Source: a virus
Lineage: Duplodnaviria; Caudoviricetes
Reading direction: 5' to 3' (one strand)
IMG/VR virus record: IMGVR_UViG_3300020016_000006
Span: 3,433-67,432 of that record
DNA length: 64,000 nucleotides
Shown here: piece by piece, positions 15,591 to 25,095 of the stretch
Layout: every line of letters begins with the position of its first letter
Numbering within the stretch: the stretch's first letter is position 1
Made by a program: the position numbers and the translations under genes
Notes under the pieces: generated by a model
Database searches by the model: none
What the model saw: the letters and a program-made list of their open reading frames with translations, nothing else
What the model was told of the DNA's origin: nothing

Positions 15591-17161
15591 TGGCTGAGTT
15601 TCTTGGTGATATTCTGCACCAACCAACCCTAATGGAGCAAGGGTTAGCCTCCCTTGTGAAAGGCATTCGGACTGCCCCTGGTATCAAGTATGATGATAAC
15701 GGGGTGGCGCGGCCAATGACGCTGAGGGAATTCACCGAATATGTAAATCCACGATTCAAGTGGCATCGTCATAATATTGAAGTCAATGACACTCTTCAAG
15801 ATGCGATTGACGGTAAGCTGGGCATTCATGCTCGTATCATTATCATTGAACCTCCGCGTCATGGCAAAACGGAACAAGTCAGTCGTATCTTCCCAGCATA
15901 TTGGTTGTACCGATTCCCGACCAATGAAGTTGGACTCGCAACTTATGGTTCTGATCTCGCGTATACGATTAGCGAGCAGGCCAAGAATTATTATGTTAGC
16001 GCCACTAGTGATGCTGCTGAGGAGCGTGAGGTACTCGACAAGACAGCCGCTCGCCAGTGGGTCAATACTCGTGGCGGGAATATGTGGGCCACAGGTATCG
16101 GTGGTCCAGCGACGGGTAAGGGATGGCATCTTGGAATCATTGACGATCCAGTCAAGAATGCTGAGGAATCCCAGTCTGAGACAACAGGGCCGAAAAATTG
16201 GGAATGGTATCAGTCGGTGTTCTACACTCGTGAAGCGGCAGATGAAGATGTAGATATGCCAGCGCAAACGTGCCTGGTTGTAATGCATACGCGCTGGCCG
16301 GGACCAGGCGACTTGATTGGTAAGATTCTGGAGGAGGAGAAGGCTGACACTGAAGAGTTAGAACATTGGTATGTGATTCACCTTCCTGCCATCTATGATG
16401 GCGCTCCATTGGATGTCCCGGCTTCCTGTACGCTTCATCCAGATTGGCGCAGGGAGGGTGAGGCTCTCAGCCCTGGTCGTTTTGATGAAAAGAGGTTGAT
16501 GAAGATTAAGCGTCGGGTTGGCCCATACTTCTGGGCCTCTATTTATCAGGGACGCCCGAGGCCGAAGGAAGGTGGGGCATTCAAGGAGGATTGGTTCTTA
16601 TATATTGAGCCATGGGAATTAAAGCCTGAGGATTATAGGGAAATTCGATATTGGGATATGGGTGGATCAGAGAAGGGTGCTGGTGGTGATCCGACCGTTG
16701 GCGTAAAGATCAGGGTGTATGCTCCTGATGATATTGTAATTGTCCATGTGGCTTTAATGTACAAGACGCCTGCCCCTCGCGATAAAGAGATCAGACGAAT
16801 TGCTGAGGCGGATGGGATTGGATGCACCCAATGGGGACCGCAAGACCCTGCTGTTGCTGGCAAAGCAGAAGCAAGCCACTTCCGTTCACTCCTCGCTGGG
16901 TTTAAGGTTCATACGGAACCAGTCAATGGTGACATCGAAGTGCTTGCAGGACCGTATCAAGCGAGCATTGAGAATGGACACACCAAGATTCTACGTGCCG
17001 ACTGGAATCGTCCCTTCATAAACGAACACTTGGAACAGTGGACAGGGTCCCATGACGACCAAGTGTGGGCGGCGGCTAATGCTTATCTCAAGGGCACACA
17101 TCGTCGTCTCAAGCGCAATCGTCAAATTGTATCTTATGCCTTCTCCAATTATGGCAATTAA
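15590..17161 (+). CDS. terL: terminase large subunit
   Basis: Walker A PPRHGKT, Walker B IIDDPVK, HTRW coupling motif, YWD and HDDQV nuclease motifs; start GTG 15590 or ATG 15632. Confidence 0.95.
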   Translation: MAEFLGDILHQPTLMEQGLASLVKGIRTAPGIKYDDNGVARPMTLREFTEYVNPRFKWHRHNIEVNDTLQDAIDGKLGIHARIIIIEPPRHGKTEQVSRIFPAYWLYRFPTNEVGLATYGSDLAYTISEQAKNYYVSATSDAAEEREVLDKTAARQWVNTRGGNMWATGIGGPATGKGWHLGIIDDPVKNAEESQSETTGPKNWEWYQSVFYTREAADEDVDMPAQTCLVVMHTRWPGPGDLIGKILEEEKADTEELEHWYVIHLPAIYDGAPLDVPASCTLHPDWRREGEALSPGRFDEKRLMKIKRRVGPYFWASIYQGRPRPKEGGAFKEDWFLYIEPWELKPEDYREIRYWDMGGSEKGAGGDPTVGVKIRVYAPDDIVIVHVALMYKTPAPRDKEIRRIAEADGIGCTQWGPQDPAVAGKAEASHFRSLLAGFKVHTEPVNGDIEVLAGPYQASIENGHTKILRADWNRPFINEHLEQWTGSHDDQVWAAANAYLKGTHRRLKRNRQIVSYAFSNYGN

Positions 17162-17176
17162 CTAAGGGACCCAGAC

Positions 17177-18955
17177 ATGCCCGCTCGCGTACCCTTCCTC
17201 ACCTGGGATGATCTTCAGTTCCGTGAAGCCCTCGGACTGAAGCAAGGCGATCACTTTGCAGAAAATCGTGATTACCTAGAGGGCCATCATTGGCGTCTCG
17301 GTCTTGGGTGGATGGGGCCTGCACCTGATATTGGCGATAATGATTATCGAACCGTCATGTTGCTAATTGAAGCAGGATTTGTCTCGCGAAACGTCATTGA
17401 GGAAGTCACTGATCGTCACGGAAATGGAGTTGTTGGTAAGCCGATGCGGTGGAGATGGTCCACAAAGCGTTTCCTCAAGGTTGGTGAGTCAGCAACACCA
17501 GAGGAAATTGCCGACATCGCGCTTATCGAAGCATGGCAGACTGAGTGGTGGGATAAGCGAGAGACGAGTGCTGTTTTTCGCCAGGCCACCATCAACGCTT
17601 TGACGTTTGATCGTGGGCCAATTCGTCTTTTGATTCCTGAGGGATTACTTGAAGTAGTTAATAACGTGACGGTTGCGAAAGTTAAGCGTGGCGACATCGT
17701 CGCGGCCCTCGACTTGATTTGGCCTGAAGCTCCTGATCCTGAAGTTGCGTGTGTGTATCGTGATACCTATACGATGCGTGAAGTAGGAATCGTCAAGACT
17801 CAGGATGCTCCTGTGGATGGTGGCCCCTGGAATATGAATGGGCAAGAAACCCTTCACGCGTGTTATCTTGACGGATCGGATCTAAAGCCAGAACAGACAA
17901 TTGTTCGTACAACAGGTGCTCGCGTTGGCTACGCAACATACAATCTTGGTGGCCGCCTAACGGTTTCTGAAATTGTCCGGCCCCGGATCGTTACCGAGCA
18001 GCTTATCCAAGGTCAAAAGGCACTTAACCTCGCTTTGAGCATGGTGCCACGAACGGTCGTGATGGCCGGCTTCCTTGAGCGAGTGATTCTTTCAGGGCAG
18101 ATGCCGGGTGAATTTTCGCCAATTCTGGATGCGAATGGGAAACAGGTTGGTGAGAAGTTTATTGCCTCCCCACCCAGCTTTGGTGCCGGTAAGACTAACT
18201 ATGTTGCTCCTGTAATGATTGAAGAGGAAGATGGTAGGGGCGGGACTCGGACTGTGATGTCTTCACCGGATGTGAAGTGGAGAGAGCCGACTGATCCCAA
18301 GTTTGCCATTTCAGCGAAGGTTAGTCATTATCAGGATATGCTTGAGGAGTGCGATCAGGCTCATATCCTTATTCAATCTGATGCCACTCCGAGCGGCAAC
18401 TCTCGTGAGCAGGCACGATCTGAATATGAAGGTTCGCTCAATAAGACCAAGCCTCATGTTGATAAGGTCGGTCGCTGGTTTCTTGAAACACTTCTTGCCT
18501 TGGCTGAACAGTTGGCGGGAGTGCCGGGAAAGTACACGAGCAAGTACCGGGCTCTGTTTGAATGTAATGTAGACTCGGGTCCGCTGACTCCTGATGAGAA
18601 GCGCCAGTATATTGAAGCTGCTGACAAAGGATATTTGTCGTACCAAACGGCTATGGAGCTTCAGGGTGTTGAGGATACAGATGCCGAGGTTGCGCGCATT
18701 AAGGCTGAGAAAGAAGGTAATGTTGGTCAGATGCTTCAGCGGGCAACAGCACTGAAGACGCTTGTTGATTCCAAATTCCCTGTTAGTGTTGCGGTGAAGA
18801 TTCTTGGCTTTCCACAGGAGTTTTGGGAAGAGATTATTGCAGAAGTCGAGAAGCAGCAGCAGCAAGAGCAAGAAAACAAGCTTGCAGAGATCAAAGCAAA
18901 AGGCGCCCAGTCTCCCAACGGGACTAGCGCGCCCAGATCCGGCGCACTAGCTTAG
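17177..18955 (+). CDS. portal protein
   Basis: 592 aa directly after terL; SGNSRE motif and helical C-terminus. Confidence 0.8.
   Translation: MPARVPFLTWDDLQFREALGLKQGDHFAENRDYLEGHHWRLGLGWMGPAPDIGDNDYRTVMLLIEAGFVSRNVIEEVTDRHGNGVVGKPMRWRWSTKRFLKVGESATPEEIADIALIEAWQTEWWDKRETSAVFRQATINALTFDRGPIRLLIPEGLLEVVNNVTVAKVKRGDIVAALDLIWPEAPDPEVACVYRDTYTMREVGIVKTQDAPVDGGPWNMNGQETLHACYLDGSDLKPEQTIVRTTGARVGYATYNLGGRLTVSEIVRPRIVTEQLIQGQKALNLALSMVPRTVVMAGFLERVILSGQMPGEFSPILDANGKQVGEKFIASPPSFGAGKTNYVAPVMIEEEDGRGGTRTVMSSPDVKWREPTDPKFAISAKVSHYQDMLEECDQAHILIQSDATPSGNSREQARSEYEGSLNKTKPHVDKVGRWFLETLLALAEQLAGVPGKYTSKYRALFECNVDSGPLTPDEKRQYIEAADKGYLSYQTAMELQGVEDTDAEVARIKAEKEGNVGQMLQRATALKTLVDSKFPVSVAVKILGFPQEFWEEIIAEVEKQQQQEQENKLAEIKAKGAQSPNGTSAPRSGALA
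18924..18953 (+). promoter_or_regulatory. putative late promoter CTAGCGC-N17-TAGCTT
   Basis: Just upstream of the scaffold/capsid operon. Confidence 0.7.
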
Positions 18956-18996
18956 TAGACATTACTGAAACAATTTAATCCCCAAGGGGGCGCTCC

Positions 18997-19803
18997 ATGC
19001 GGTTCTGGTTCCTGCGTCATCTTTCGCCTGATGCGCCCGCTGGTGGTGGCGATCAGTCTGCTGTAAGGCCGTTTGACATGAATGCCTTTTTGGCTTCAGT
19101 GCTTGCACAGAATGGTGGCGATAAGGATGCATCCATTCGTCAACTTGGTCGTGAAAACAAGAAGGCGCGGGATAGTCGGAATCGCCATAAGGCACGAGCA
19201 GATAAGGCTGAGATGGAGCTTACTGCACTCAAGGCTCCTGGCAGCAAGACGTTTGCAGGTGAGCAGTTGAAGGAAGTTGAGGAGTTTCTTGGCCTCAACT
19301 TAAAAGCCAAGGACATCAAGGATGGCCTTGCTGAGCGTGAAACTCTTCGTGAGTTCAAGACGGGCACGGAGAGGCTGACGGCTTCGACCAAGGCGTCAAA
19401 GCTGCTCGGCTACAAGCAGCCCACGGTTCTCCTGGACCAGCTCAATGCCCCTGGGCGCGAACAAGACATCACGTTCAAGAAGGAAAAGATCAAGGATGAT
19501 GCTGGTGAAGATGTAGAGCAGGAAGTCGCGTATGTTACCAAGCGCGGTGACTCCAAGGCGAGTGCTGTTAAACTTGGTGATTATGTGACTGAACATCTCA
19601 AGGCGTACATCCCTGCGCTAATGTCCTCAGACGAGGATGAGCGTGTTGAGGATGAAGTCTTGACTCCGGTCCCTGGATCGGGCCCGGCACCCAGAGGGAA
19701 GCCCTCAAACACTGTAGGTCCGACCGAGAAGTATCTTGCTGGTCGGTACAAACTTCCTGCGGCGCTTGGTGGCAATGCCACTCCGCCCGCTGGGTCCAAG
19801 TAG
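18997..19803 (+). CDS. capsid scaffolding protein
   Basis: Charged coiled-coil, Pro/Gly tail, between portal and capsid. Confidence 0.7.
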   Translation: MRFWFLRHLSPDAPAGGGDQSAVRPFDMNAFLASVLAQNGGDKDASIRQLGRENKKARDSRNRHKARADKAEMELTALKAPGSKTFAGEQLKEVEEFLGLNLKAKDIKDGLAERETLREFKTGTERLTASTKASKLLGYKQPTVLLDQLNAPGREQDITFKKEKIKDDAGEDVEQEVAYVTKRGDSKASAVKLGDYVTEHLKAYIPALMSSDEDERVEDEVLTPVPGSGPAPRGKPSNTVGPTEKYLAGRYKLPAALGGNATPPAGSK

Positions 19804-19824
19804 ACTACTCCAGGAGCCGACACC

Positions 19825-20478
19825 ATGGGACGCGCTAACAACACGTCTGCTCTGACGAGGACACCGCCGATGTGGCAGGCTGATTTTCTAAAGCCTGACC
19901 ATCTCATGCCCGCTGGAGGGAAGCTGCTTTTGTCTGACTTCCCTCGGCCTGACTCGGTGCTCGTCACTGCAGGTGCTACCCTGGCTGCCGCGACTACGCT
20001 TGTAGTTGCTGCGCTGCCGACCCCGAAGGAATGGGATGGGTCCTCGACCATCATTCCTAACGGGACGGTGCTGAACTTTGGCACCAACAAGTTTGCCACA
20101 GTCAATGACGCGAACATCCAGCCTGGCGATACGGCGATCACAGTGCTTGCCATCCCCACTGCTCTTGCGGGTGGCGAGACGGCATCCTATGCCGGCACGA
20201 AGATGTACAGTGTGCCGTCTGGGACGGTTGTCGGTCGGACCTATACCGAGCAGGCTGCAGGCACCCGGTATGGCCTGGCGGCATCGGGCGATGAGGATGT
20301 CGCGATTGTGGCATTCGACATCGATGACATTAACGAGTGGGATGGTGATGTTGATCTTGTTCGGCCTTTCTCTGGGTATCCAGTGAAAGAGAATTTCCTG
20401 CCCGGATGGACTGGGCTGACGTCCGCCGTGAAGGCGCTTGTGCGCGCTCGTTACGTCACCCAGCAGGGCGTGGCGTAA
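19825..20478 (+). CDS. head decoration protein
   Basis: Position before capsid; VPSGTVVGRT motif. Confidence 0.65.
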   Translation: MGRANNTSALTRTPPMWQADFLKPDHLMPAGGKLLLSDFPRPDSVLVTAGATLAAATTLVVAALPTPKEWDGSSTIIPNGTVLNFGTNKFATVNDANIQPGDTAITVLAIPTALAGGETASYAGTKMYSVPSGTVVGRTYTEQAAGTRYGLAASGDEDVAIVAFDIDDINEWDGDVDLVRPFSGYPVKENFLPGWTGLTSAVKALVRARYVTQQGVA

Positions 20479-20504
20479 GCCGCCCCAGATAGGAGACCAG
20501 CAAA

Positions 20505-21596
20505 ATGGCCGTCCGTGATCTGGGTTCCTTGATTGCGCAGATGGAAGAGGATCAGTCCATCCTGCGCATCGCGCGCAACCCGCTTGCTCAGTTTGGTACT
20601 GATGAGGTTCCCCTCCTCGGTGCCGGCATCCTCCCTGAGCAGACTGTTGAAACCAACAGTTATCGTGAGGAGAAGGTTCAGTATCGCACCGTCATCGCCA
20701 ACCATGGCACCCGGTACTCTCCTATTCAGATCAAGGGAAGTGCCATGACTGGTTGGGTGGACGTCACCCTCTGGCATTCCGACAAGGGTGACATGATGAC
20801 TTCCAGAGATTTTGACGCGCTGCTCTCGTATCTGCGTCGTCGGAGTGACATGGAAGCCATCGCCTCGCTCACCAAGTTTGTGGATCGTGGGCTGGTGGTT
20901 CCGCTGAAGCATCGTAATGAGAAGGATCGTTGGGATGCCATCGTCAATGCGCAGGTGGTCCTACTCGGTGATAATGGTTACACTGAAACGATCAACTTCC
21001 TCAACCCTGCTGGCCATCGGGCTGCTGCTGGCGGAACGTGGTCGAATGATGCGTATGACCCGTTCCTCGACCTGTACACCATGCAGCAGATGCTTGCGGC
21101 GAAGGGCCTCAAGCTGAAGCGGCTCATCTCCTCGTATAATGTGGTCTCGATCATGAGTGCAAATGCCAAGGTGGCGGCACGCACAAATCGGATCACCATC
21201 ATCTCTGGTACAGTCACGGCACAGGAAGCCAATGTCCGACTCCCGGAAATCAATCAGGCCCTCACTCGCGATGGTCTGCCGCCCATTGAGCTGTTTGATG
21301 CTCAGTATCGGACGCAGACGGGCACGGCTCGGTTTATGCCGAACAACGTCGTGGTGGGTGTCTGCGAGACGGGTCGGGATGCTGAGCTTGATCTTGGCGA
21401 CCGTATCGTCATTCTCCCGAACACCCTCGGCTACACTGCCATTGGTACCCCGGCTGGTCAGTCCACTCCGGGCACTGCTATGGTTGTGGAGCACTTCCGC
21501 ACCAAGCCGCCCCGGATTGATGGTCAGATCTGGCAGGCTGCTGGCGTAGTCATCACGGAGCCTGAGGGGCTGATCGTCATCTCCGGTATCGCCTAA
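20505..21596 (+). CDS. major capsid protein (lambda gpE-like HK97 fold)
   Basis: 363 aa; E..RW.AIVN, W.N...DP..D, GYTAIG..AG motifs; high-expression codon usage. Confidence 0.9.
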   Translation: MAVRDLGSLIAQMEEDQSILRIARNPLAQFGTDEVPLLGAGILPEQTVETNSYREEKVQYRTVIANHGTRYSPIQIKGSAMTGWVDVTLWHSDKGDMMTSRDFDALLSYLRRRSDMEAIASLTKFVDRGLVVPLKHRNEKDRWDAIVNAQVVLLGDNGYTETINFLNPAGHRAAAGGTWSNDAYDPFLDLYTMQQMLAAKGLKLKRLISSYNVVSIMSANAKVAARTNRITIISGTVTAQEANVRLPEINQALTRDGLPPIELFDAQYRTQTGTARFMPNNVVVGVCETGRDAELDLGDRIVILPNTLGYTAIGTPAGQSTPGTAMVVEHFRTKPPRIDGQIWQAAGVVITEPEGLIVISGIA

Positions 21597-21604
21597 CACT
21601 TGGC

Positions 21605-21637
21605 GAGGGCAGGGATCAAGGTGGTCCCTGCCTCCTC
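21605..21637 (+). terminator. hairpin after the capsid gene
   Basis: GGCAGGGA..TCCCTGCC stem; weak U-tract. Confidence 0.45.
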
Positions 21638-21661
21638 ACTTTGCGCTGAAGGGTTCCGACG

Positions 21662-22033
21662 ATGAAAGCCGACAAGACCTATGTATTTGGTGGAGCGATC
21701 TACCTTCCTGGTGCTGAGATGCCAGAAGGGTGGGAGCCGCCCAAGCAGCCGAAGCAGAGTGCAGGCGTCACAATGTTTGGACCTGGGGGCCTGGTCACGG
21801 AATTGCCGGGACTCCCGTTGCCTCCTGGAGTGAGTGGTCCTGCGAAGTCGCCAGAAGAGCAGGAAGCTGCCATGGCTCCTCAGATTGGCAACCCGAACAT
21901 TCCTGGTGTACCACAGGTGCATCTGCCTGTGGCTGGCGGGCCTTCCGTTATCAAGACTCCTGAAGCCACAGCGAGGTCTGAGAAGGCTGCTGCTGAGGCG
22001 GCTGAAGGTGACAAGAACAAGAAGTCCAAGTAA
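21662..22033 (+). CDS. hypothetical Pro-rich virion protein
   Basis: Typical post-capsid position. Confidence 0.6.
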   Translation: MKADKTYVFGGAIYLPGAEMPEGWEPPKQPKQSAGVTMFGPGGLVTELPGLPLPPGVSGPAKSPEEQEAAMAPQIGNPNIPGVPQVHLPVAGGPSVIKTPEATARSEKAAAEAAEGDKNKKSK

Positions 22034-22044
22034 GGAGTGCACTC

Positions 22045-22446
22045 ATGACATTAACTGCGGCTCAGTTTCTATCGCCTCTTGGAGACATCGAAGCAGATAC
22101 GATGTTTGCCGGAGAGGATGAGTCTGTAGTTCGGACTCGTATAGAAACATACATTGCCGAAGGTGCTTTGAAGGTTACGGCCCTTGATCCCCTTGTTCAG
22201 GATGCCGCAGTTAATGCCTGGGTGTATTATCGAGCGTACAAGGCTGTGTTCATTAGCTTGTCAGCAACACCGTCATCGAACGCGATGGCAGATCAAGGCT
22301 CGACGTTGTATACTTCGGCACAAATTGCTAATTTCCTTGATCTGTCGAAAGAGGCACTCAAGGATTTTAACAACATGATTGAATCTGGAATTATCACGAC
22401 TCGTCCGCTCAGCTATTCTGTCTCGCATAAAGTTACATACCGATAA
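22045..22446 (+). CDS. head-tail adaptor
   Basis: Synteny and helical 133-aa size. Confidence 0.6.
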   Translation: MTLTAAQFLSPLGDIEADTMFAGEDESVVRTRIETYIAEGALKVTALDPLVQDAAVNAWVYYRAYKAVFISLSATPSSNAMADQGSTLYTSAQIANFLDLSKEALKDFNNMIESGIITTRPLSYSVSHKVTYR

Positions 22447-22877
22447 TGCGGCCATTCTTTAATGACCGAACGAAGGCCCTCCACCGTAACATGAGTAATC
22501 GCAATTTGACGGAACGGGCTGTTGTTTGGTATATGAAGGAACAGGCTCGGGATGCGAACACGAGTAATTATCCAACGATCAGAACAGTTGAGGCTGAAGA
22601 TGTACCGTGTAGGCTTTCTCCTCTTGATCTGCGCGTACCGTTTGAACAGGTGGTTGCACAACAGTATGGAGTTGACGCCAAGTGGATTGTCATTTTTGAA
22701 GCTGGCTACCGGCTGGAGCATACCCGTCGCCTCTTTATAACTGGCAGCATCAATAAGGTTCCTTTTGAACAGCATCTTGAGATTCTTGGTGATGTGATCC
22801 GTGAGAGCGATATGTTTTATCGAGTTGCCTGCGCCACCCTGAAATCTGTGAAGATTGCCCAGTATTATGCAACTTGA
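22446..22877 (+). CDS. head closure (stopper) protein
   Basis: Synteny; VPCRL motif. Confidence 0.6.
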   Translation: MRPFFNDRTKALHRNMSNRNLTERAVVWYMKEQARDANTSNYPTIRTVEAEDVPCRLSPLDLRVPFEQVVAQQYGVDAKWIVIFEAGYRLEHTRRLFITGSINKVPFEQHLEILGDVIRESDMFYRVACATLKSVKIAQYYAT

Positions 22878-23289
22878 ATTATCAGTTGAGGGGATCAGCG
22901 GTCTTGGTGCAAATCTATTTGCATTTGATGTTTCACTTCAAGCAAAGATTATTGAAGAGACGCATGAGTCTGGTGAATTTTGTAAAGAGTTAACACAGTT
23001 TTTCTGTCCTGTTGATACTGAATGGATGCAGGATCATGTACGGACGTTCTATCCCGGCATCGGGATGACATTTGAGACTGGCTGGAGTATTCTTGACTTT
23101 ATTGAGCGTGGAAGTGGGCGATTCTATCCCGTTGATCAAGAGTTTGGAAACTCTGTGACTTCTCCGCAACCGTCTTTGACCCCGGCATATGCAATCGCTG
23201 CCCCAATGTACAAGAAAAATGTTGGTAATCTAATTCGCGGCTCGATCAGAAAGTTACAACGTGATATTGATCGGAATGCCAGGCGATGA
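22867..23289 (+). CDS. HK97 gp10-like neck/tail completion protein
   Basis: CPVDT..FIERG..QPSLTPA. Confidence 0.75.
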   Translation: MQLELSVEGISGLGANLFAFDVSLQAKIIEETHESGEFCKELTQFFCPVDTEWMQDHVRTFYPGIGMTFETGWSILDFIERGSGRFYPVDQEFGNSVTSPQPSLTPAYAIAAPMYKKNVGNLIRGSIRKLQRDIDRNARR

Positions 23290-23696
23290 GCGCATCAACT
23301 GCTGAAGTTTACATCGGACTTGAACGATGGTTTAAGCAGAGTGCCAATCTGCTTGAAATGCTAGAAGGTGCGCATATCTATCCATGGACGGTGCCAGAGA
23401 AAAAGCCGCTCAGTTACATCACCTTTCCTGCACCTGAAGAGGGGCCTCTCAAGTTGCTGTTTAATAAGAAGCAAAATGAGGGCACGGTTCAGATTAGCAT
23501 TTGGACGGATGATCCATATAAGGCTGCAATCATTTGGAAGGTGTTATCAGCTCTTCTGGAAGAAATCAATATTCCAATTATTGAGGGGGTCATTATTACA
23601 GGTACATGTCGTTTGATTAATATTTTGAAGGATCAACATGACGATATGCTTCACCAGGGTGTCGTTCGATATGAGTGGCAGTCATGGACGACATAG
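23286..23696 (+). CDS. tail terminator (DUF3168-like)
   Basis: PLSYITF...GTVQISIWT...HQGVVRY. Confidence 0.75.
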   Translation: MSASTAEVYIGLERWFKQSANLLEMLEGAHIYPWTVPEKKPLSYITFPAPEEGPLKLLFNKKQNEGTVQISIWTDDPYKAAIIWKVLSALLEEINIPIIEGVIITGTCRLINILKDQHDDMLHQGVVRYEWQSWTT

Positions 23697-23953
23697 ACCG
23701 CTGGAAGATTCTGGCGAATCTATTGATTAGCATGAAAACCTTGATTGAGGCTGCTCTTGGAATTATCCAAGAGAAGATCAAGGAGTTACCGGCCAGGGGC
23801 CAAAGTAATGCTGATGAAGTGATGCAGAAAGTCCAGGAGGCATCTGGGAAGATTGTCAAGACATTTGGCACCCCTCCCGCATCGGCAAAGTCTGCCAAGG
23901 GCAGCGAATCGCAGGCGAGTGATACTCAACCTCAGGCCGGAGATGTTAAATGA
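23675..23953 (+). CDS. hypothetical protein
   Basis: In tail operon. Confidence 0.55.
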   Translation: MAVMDDIDRWKILANLLISMKTLIEAALGIIQEKIKELPARGQSNADEVMQKVQEASGKIVKTFGTPPASAKSAKGSESQASDTQPQAGDVK

Positions 23954-24351
23954 CAACCCCGACACAAGGCTCTCTTTTCCTCCTCAAAGTCGGTGGCGAC
24001 ATTGTGGAGGGGATGAACAAGTACAATAAGCAGCGGACGCGAAGCACACAGACGTTCCCTGTTTTCAATCGGGCCACCCCGTGGGCAATTACTCAGCCCA
24101 AGGAGGAGAAGTACAGCGTTGGTGGTCTGTTGGTGGATGGCGATCCTGGTCAGGGCGCGCTGCTTGCTGCCGAGATTGCGCAGACTCCAATCACCGTTAC
24201 GGTCCTCCCGAACGGTGTCAAGGGGTTCAGCCAGGAAGTGTACGTCAACTCGTTCACGCATGACGCGACTCCTGAGGGCTATCAGGAGATCACGTATGAG
24301 TTCATTGCGAATGCCGATGCCACAGCGGTGTCGGGCGGTGATCTCCTGTAA
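23950..24351 (+). CDS. major tail tube protein
   Basis: TP901-like tube size and beta pattern, precedes chaperones. Confidence 0.8.
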   Translation: MTTPTQGSLFLLKVGGDIVEGMNKYNKQRTRSTQTFPVFNRATPWAITQPKEEKYSVGGLLVDGDPGQGALLAAEIAQTPITVTVLPNGVKGFSQEVYVNSFTHDATPEGYQEITYEFIANADATAVSGGDLL

Positions 24352-24419
24352 GCGTTTCACCAGTGGGGGCCGGGATGCCCCGGCCCTCCGTTTCTCACTA
24401 CTCGCCCAAGGGGCAATCA

Positions 24420-24911
24420 ATGTCTGAGAACTCTGCAGTTGCTGAGGCTCCTGTCGCTGAGAGCGCGGAGCAGAAGGAAACTGGAACAGCGGTCGTTCAG
24501 AAGCACCTTCTCACCAAGGCCAATATCCTCGCGGCCAAGGACATTTTGTTTGAAGATGTCCACGTGCCTGAGTGGGCCTCAGGGGAAATGGACCCTGAGA
24601 AGTGCTTTGTTGTTATCAAGACGCTCAACGGGAAGGAACGTGATGCGTTTGAGGCGTCCATGATCCAGGGAGTCGGACGAGCACAGCGAATTGACGTTCA
24701 GAACGTCCGCGCTAAGTTTTGCTCGCTGATCATCGTGGATCCTGATACGCACGAGCGGATGTTTGGCAAGCCAGAGATTGATACTTTGGCGCAAAAATCT
24801 TCTGCCGCTCTCGACCGCGTGTATGCCGCGGGAATGAAGCTGTCGAAGTTCAGCAAGGAAGACATTGATGAGATCGTGGGAAACTCCGATGCAGACCAAC
24901 TCGTCGTATAG
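24420..24911 (+). CDS. tail assembly chaperone (G)
   Basis: Synteny; slippery G GGA AAC at 24878-24884. Confidence 0.85.
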   Translation: MSENSAVAEAPVAESAEQKETGTAVVQKHLLTKANILAAKDILFEDVHVPEWASGEMDPEKCFVVIKTLNGKERDAFEASMIQGVGRAQRIDVQNVRAKFCSLIIVDPDTHERMFGKPEIDTLAQKSSAALDRVYAAGMKLSKFSKEDIDEIVGNSDADQLVV

Positions 24912-25081
24912 CATGGATAATGGGAAAAGAGTTTGGTCTGCACCCAGATGAGGTGATGGAGAAGTTCAGTCTTGATGATATGAAAGAATGGATAGCCTTA
25001 AATATCATTGAGAATGAAGATCACGACGCAAGAATCAAAAAGCAGCAGCAATTACAAGACTGGGAAAACGACAGAGCATAA
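24878..25081 (+). CDS. tail assembly chaperone -1 frameshift extension (G-T)
   Basis: -1 frame open from GGGAAAC to TAA 25081: GKLRCRPTRRIAWIMGKEFGLHPDEV... Confidence 0.8.
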   Translation, partial: GKLRCRPTRRIAWIMGKEFGLHPDEVMEKFSLDDMKEWIALNIIENEDHDARIKKQQQLQDWENDRA

Positions 25082-25095
25082 CACTGGGGGCATCT

